Shown here: piece after piece, positions 61,101 through 64,000 of the stretch | Position numbering within the stretch: the first letter of the stretch is position 1 | Layout of the letters: each line of letters starts with the position of its first letter | From: Eledone cirrhosa | Lineage: Eukaryota | Direction: 5' to 3' | Length of the DNA stretch: 64,000 nucleotides | NCBI GenBank assembly: GCA_964016885.1 | Contig: OZ024744.1 | Coordinates: 27,156,001 to 27,220,000 of the forward strand | Position numbers and translations under genes: made by a program | Notes under the pieces: model-generated | The model's input: the letters and a program-made list of their open reading frames with translations, nothing else | What the model was told of the DNA's origin: nothing | The model's database searches: none

Positions 61101-64000
61101 CGGCTAGGCATCTCAGTGCATGTGGTGGTAAGAAGGAAGTAACCTTAGGGCCAGGGACACCAGAAGTCTCCACTGCTACGGCTAGGCATCTCAGTGCATG
61201 TGGTGGTAAGAAGGGAGGTAACCTTAGGGCCAGGGACAGCAGAAGTCTCCACTGCAACGGCTAGGCATCTCAGTGCATGTGGTGGTAAGACGGGAGGTTA
61301 CCTTAGGGCCAGGGACACCAGAAGTCTACACTGTTACGGCTAGTTATATCAGTGCATGTGGTGGTAAGAAGGGAGGTAACCTTAGGGCCAGGGACACCAG
61401 AAGACTCCACTGTTACGGCTAGGCATCTCAGTGCATGTGGTGGTAAGAAGGGAGGTAACCTTAGGTCCAAGGACCCAAGAAGTCTCCACTGTTACGGCTA
61501 GGCATCTCAGTGCATGTGGTGGTAAGAAGGGAGTTAACCTTAGGGCCAGGGAGACTAGACGTCTCCACTGCTACGGCTAGTCATCTCAGTGCATGTGGTG
61601 GTAAGAATGGAGGTAACCTTAGGGCCAAGGACACCAGAAGTCTCCACAGTTACGCCTAGGCATCTCAGTGCATGTGGTGGTAAGAAGGAAGTAACCTTAG
61701 GGCCAGGGTAACCAGAAGTCTCCACTGCTACGGCTAGGCATCTCAGTGCATGTGGTGGTAAGAAGGGAGGTAACCTTAGGGCCAGGGACAACAGAAGTCT
61801 CCACTGTTACGGCTAGGCATATCAGTGCATGTGGTGGTAAGAAGGGAGTTAACCTTAGGGCCAAGGACACCAGAAGTCTCCACTGTTACGGCTAGGCATC
61901 TCAGTGCATGTGTTGGTAAGAAGGGAGGTAACCTTAGGGCCAAGGACACCAGAAGTCTCCACTGTTACGGCTAGGCATGTCAGTGCATGTGGTGGTAAGA
62001 AGGGAGGGAACCTTAGGGACAGGGACACCAGAAGTCTCCACTGTTACGGCTAGGCATCTCAGTGCATGTGGTGGTAAGAAGGGAGGTAACCTTAGGGACA
62101 GGCACACCAGAAGTCTCCACTGCTACGGCTAGGCATCTCAGTGCATGTGGTGGTAAGAAAGGAGGTAACCTTTGTGCCAGGGACACCAGAAGTCTCCACT
62201 GTTACGGCTAGGCATGTCAGTGCGTGTGGTGGTAAGGAGGGAGGTAACCTTAGGGCCAAGGACACCAGAAGTCTCCACTGTTACGGCTAGGCATGTCAGT
62301 GCATGTGGTGGTAAGAAGGGAGGTAACCTTAGGGCCAGGGACAGCAGAAGTCTCCACTGTTACGGCTAGGCATCTCAGTGCATGTGGTGGTAAGAAGGGA
62401 GGTAACCTTAGGGCAGGGACACCAGAAGTCTCCACTGCTACGGCTAGGCATCTCAGTGCATGTGGTGGTAAGAAGGAAGTAACCTTAGGGCCAGGGACAC
62501 CAGAAGTCTCCACTGCTACGGCTAGGCATCTCAGTGCATGTGGTGGTAAGAAGGGGGGTAACCTTAGGTCCAGGGACACCAGAAGTCTCCACTGCTACGG
62601 CTAGGCATCTCAGTTCATATGGTGGTAAGAAAGGAGGTAACCTTAGGGCCAAGGACACCAGAAGTCTCCACTGTTACGGCTAGGCATCTCAGTGCATGTG
62701 GTAGTTAGAAGGGAGGTAACCTTAGGGCCAAGGACACCAGAAGTCTCCACTGCTACGGCTAGGCATCTCAGTGCATGTGGTGGTAAGAAAAGAGGTAACC
62801 TTAGGGCGAGGGACAGCAGAAGTCTCCACTGCTACGGCTAGGCATCTCAGTGCATGTGGTGGTAAGAAGGGAGGTAACCTTAGGGCCAGGGACACCAGAA
62901 GTCTACACTGTTACGGCTAGGCATATCAGTGCATGTGGTGGTAAGAAGGGAGGTAACCTTAGGGCCCGGGACACCAGAAGACTCCACTTTTACGGCTAGG
63001 CATGTCAGTGCATGTGGTGGTAAGAAGGGAGCTAACCTTAGGGCCAAAGACACCAGAAGTCTCCACTGTTACGGCTAGGCATCTCAGTGCATGTGGTGGT
63101 AAGAAGGGAGGTAACCTTAGGTCCAGGGACACCAGACGTCTCCACTGCTACGGCTAGGCATCTCAGTGCATGTGGTGGTAAGAAGGGAGGTAAACTTAGG
63201 GCCAAGGACACCAGAAGTCTCCACTGTTACGGCTAGGCATCTCAGTGCATGTGTTGGTAAGAAGGGAGGTAACCTTAGGGACAGGGACACCAGAAGACTC
63301 CACTGCTACGGCTAGGCATCTCAGTGCATGTGGTGGTAAGAGGGAGGTAACCTTAGGGACAGGCACACCAGAAGTCTCCACTGCTACGGCTAGGCATCTC
63401 AGTGCATGTGGTGGTAAGAAAGGAGGCAACCTTTGTGCCAGGGACACCAGAAGTCTCCACTGTTACGGCTAGGCATGTCAGTGCGTGTGGTGGTAAGGAG
63501 GGAGGTAACCTTAGGGCCAAGGACACCAGATGTCTCCACTGTTACGGCTAGGCATGTCAGTGCATGTGGTGGTAAGAAGGGAGGTAACCTTAGGGCCAGG
63601 GACAGCAGAAGTCTCCACTGCTACGGCTAGGCATCTCAGTAAATGTGGTGGTAAGAGGGGAGGTAACCTTAGGGCCAGGGACACCAGAAGTCTCCACTGT
63701 TACGGCTAGGCATCTCACTTCATGTGGTGGTAAGAAGGGAGGTAACCTTAGGGCCAAGGACACCAGAAGTCTCCACTGCTACGGCTAGGCATCTCAGTGC
63801 ATGTGGTGGTAAGAAGGGAGGTAACCTTAGGGCCAAGGACACCAGAAGTTACCACTGCTACGACTAGGCATCTCAGTGCATGTGGTGGTAATAAGGGAGG
63901 TAACCTTAGGGTCAGGGACACCAGAAGACTCCACTGTTACGGCTAGGCATCTCAGTGCATGTGGTGGTAAGGAGGGAGATAACCTTAGGGCCAAGGACAC
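58180..64000 (+). repeat. 38-monomer (2996 bp) near-identical tandem duplication, second copy truncated by the window end
   Basis: The offset 2996 is constant (58559/61555, 59176/62172, 59254/62250, 60200/63196, 60437/63433). Private variants are AACCTTTGTGCC, the AGGGCAGGG deletion, CCACTTTTAC, CAGTAAATG and GAAAAGAGG. Confidence 0.93.

Larger units (their letters stand above)
1..64000 (+). repeat. Tandem satellite DNA array, 79-bp monomer, ~810 head-to-tail copies, running off both window edges
   Basis: The unit at 1-79 (aggtaacctt...taagaaggg) recurs continuously in the same orientation to position 64000. Monomers usually differ from consensus by only 0-5 bases. A minority are 78 bp and two are 80 bp. 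Consensus composition is G26 A20 C17 T16. Confidence 0.99.

Noticed and set aside
88-63630. About 190 short ORFs on both strands (for example MHVVVRREVTLGPGTPEVSTVTARHLSACGGK... and MSLALRLPPFLPPHALRCLAV...)
   Set aside because: They are translations of the repeat. The 79-bp unit shifts frame into a stop, and lengths of 75/101/127 aa (+) and 83/109/135 aa (-) rise by 26 aa for each 78-bp monomer. The remainder arise from point variants that remove a stop or add a start. There is no selection for frame, no unique flanks and no domain.
1-64000. CRISPR-like repeat-spacer array
   Set aside because: There are no unique spacers because the entire unit is repeated, and there are no cas genes or leader.
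1-64000. True telomere or interstitial telomeric tract
   Set aside because: TTAGGG never occurs in tandem, only once per 79 bp.
1-64000. Assignment to a named satellite or species (for example other reported ~79-bp satellites)
   Set aside because: Length alone is not evidence and I do not recognise the sequence. A database search is required.

Overview
The whole 64 kb is one uninterrupted, head-to-tail tandem satellite array of about 810 copies of a 79-bp monomer (consensus AGGTAACCTTAGGGCCA[G/A]GGACACCAGAAGTCTCCACTG[T/C]TACGGCTAGGCATCTCAGTGCATGTGGTGGTAAGAAGGG, ~54% GC, G-rich + strand, one TTAGGG and one CpG per unit). I saw no genes, RNA genes, transposon insertions, inversions or unique sequence. 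All listed ORFs are by-products of the repeat: their lengths step by 26 aa wherever a 78-bp monomer keeps the frame. The information lies in the order of variant monomers. It shows a recurrent 5-monomer anchor cassette, a 30-mer (2367 bp) higher-order repeat, nested multi-kb duplications (offsets 2446, 2996, 3158, 4654, 5209/5367, 7023/7339, 10260, 14914 bp), a sharp variant switch near 38-41 kb, and similar old-type monomer orders at both ends of the window. This fits eukaryotic centromeric, pericentromeric or subtelomeric heterochromatin. I cannot name the organism or satellite family. Coordinates were read by eye and block boundaries are approximate to about one monomer. Functional ideas are hypotheses only.
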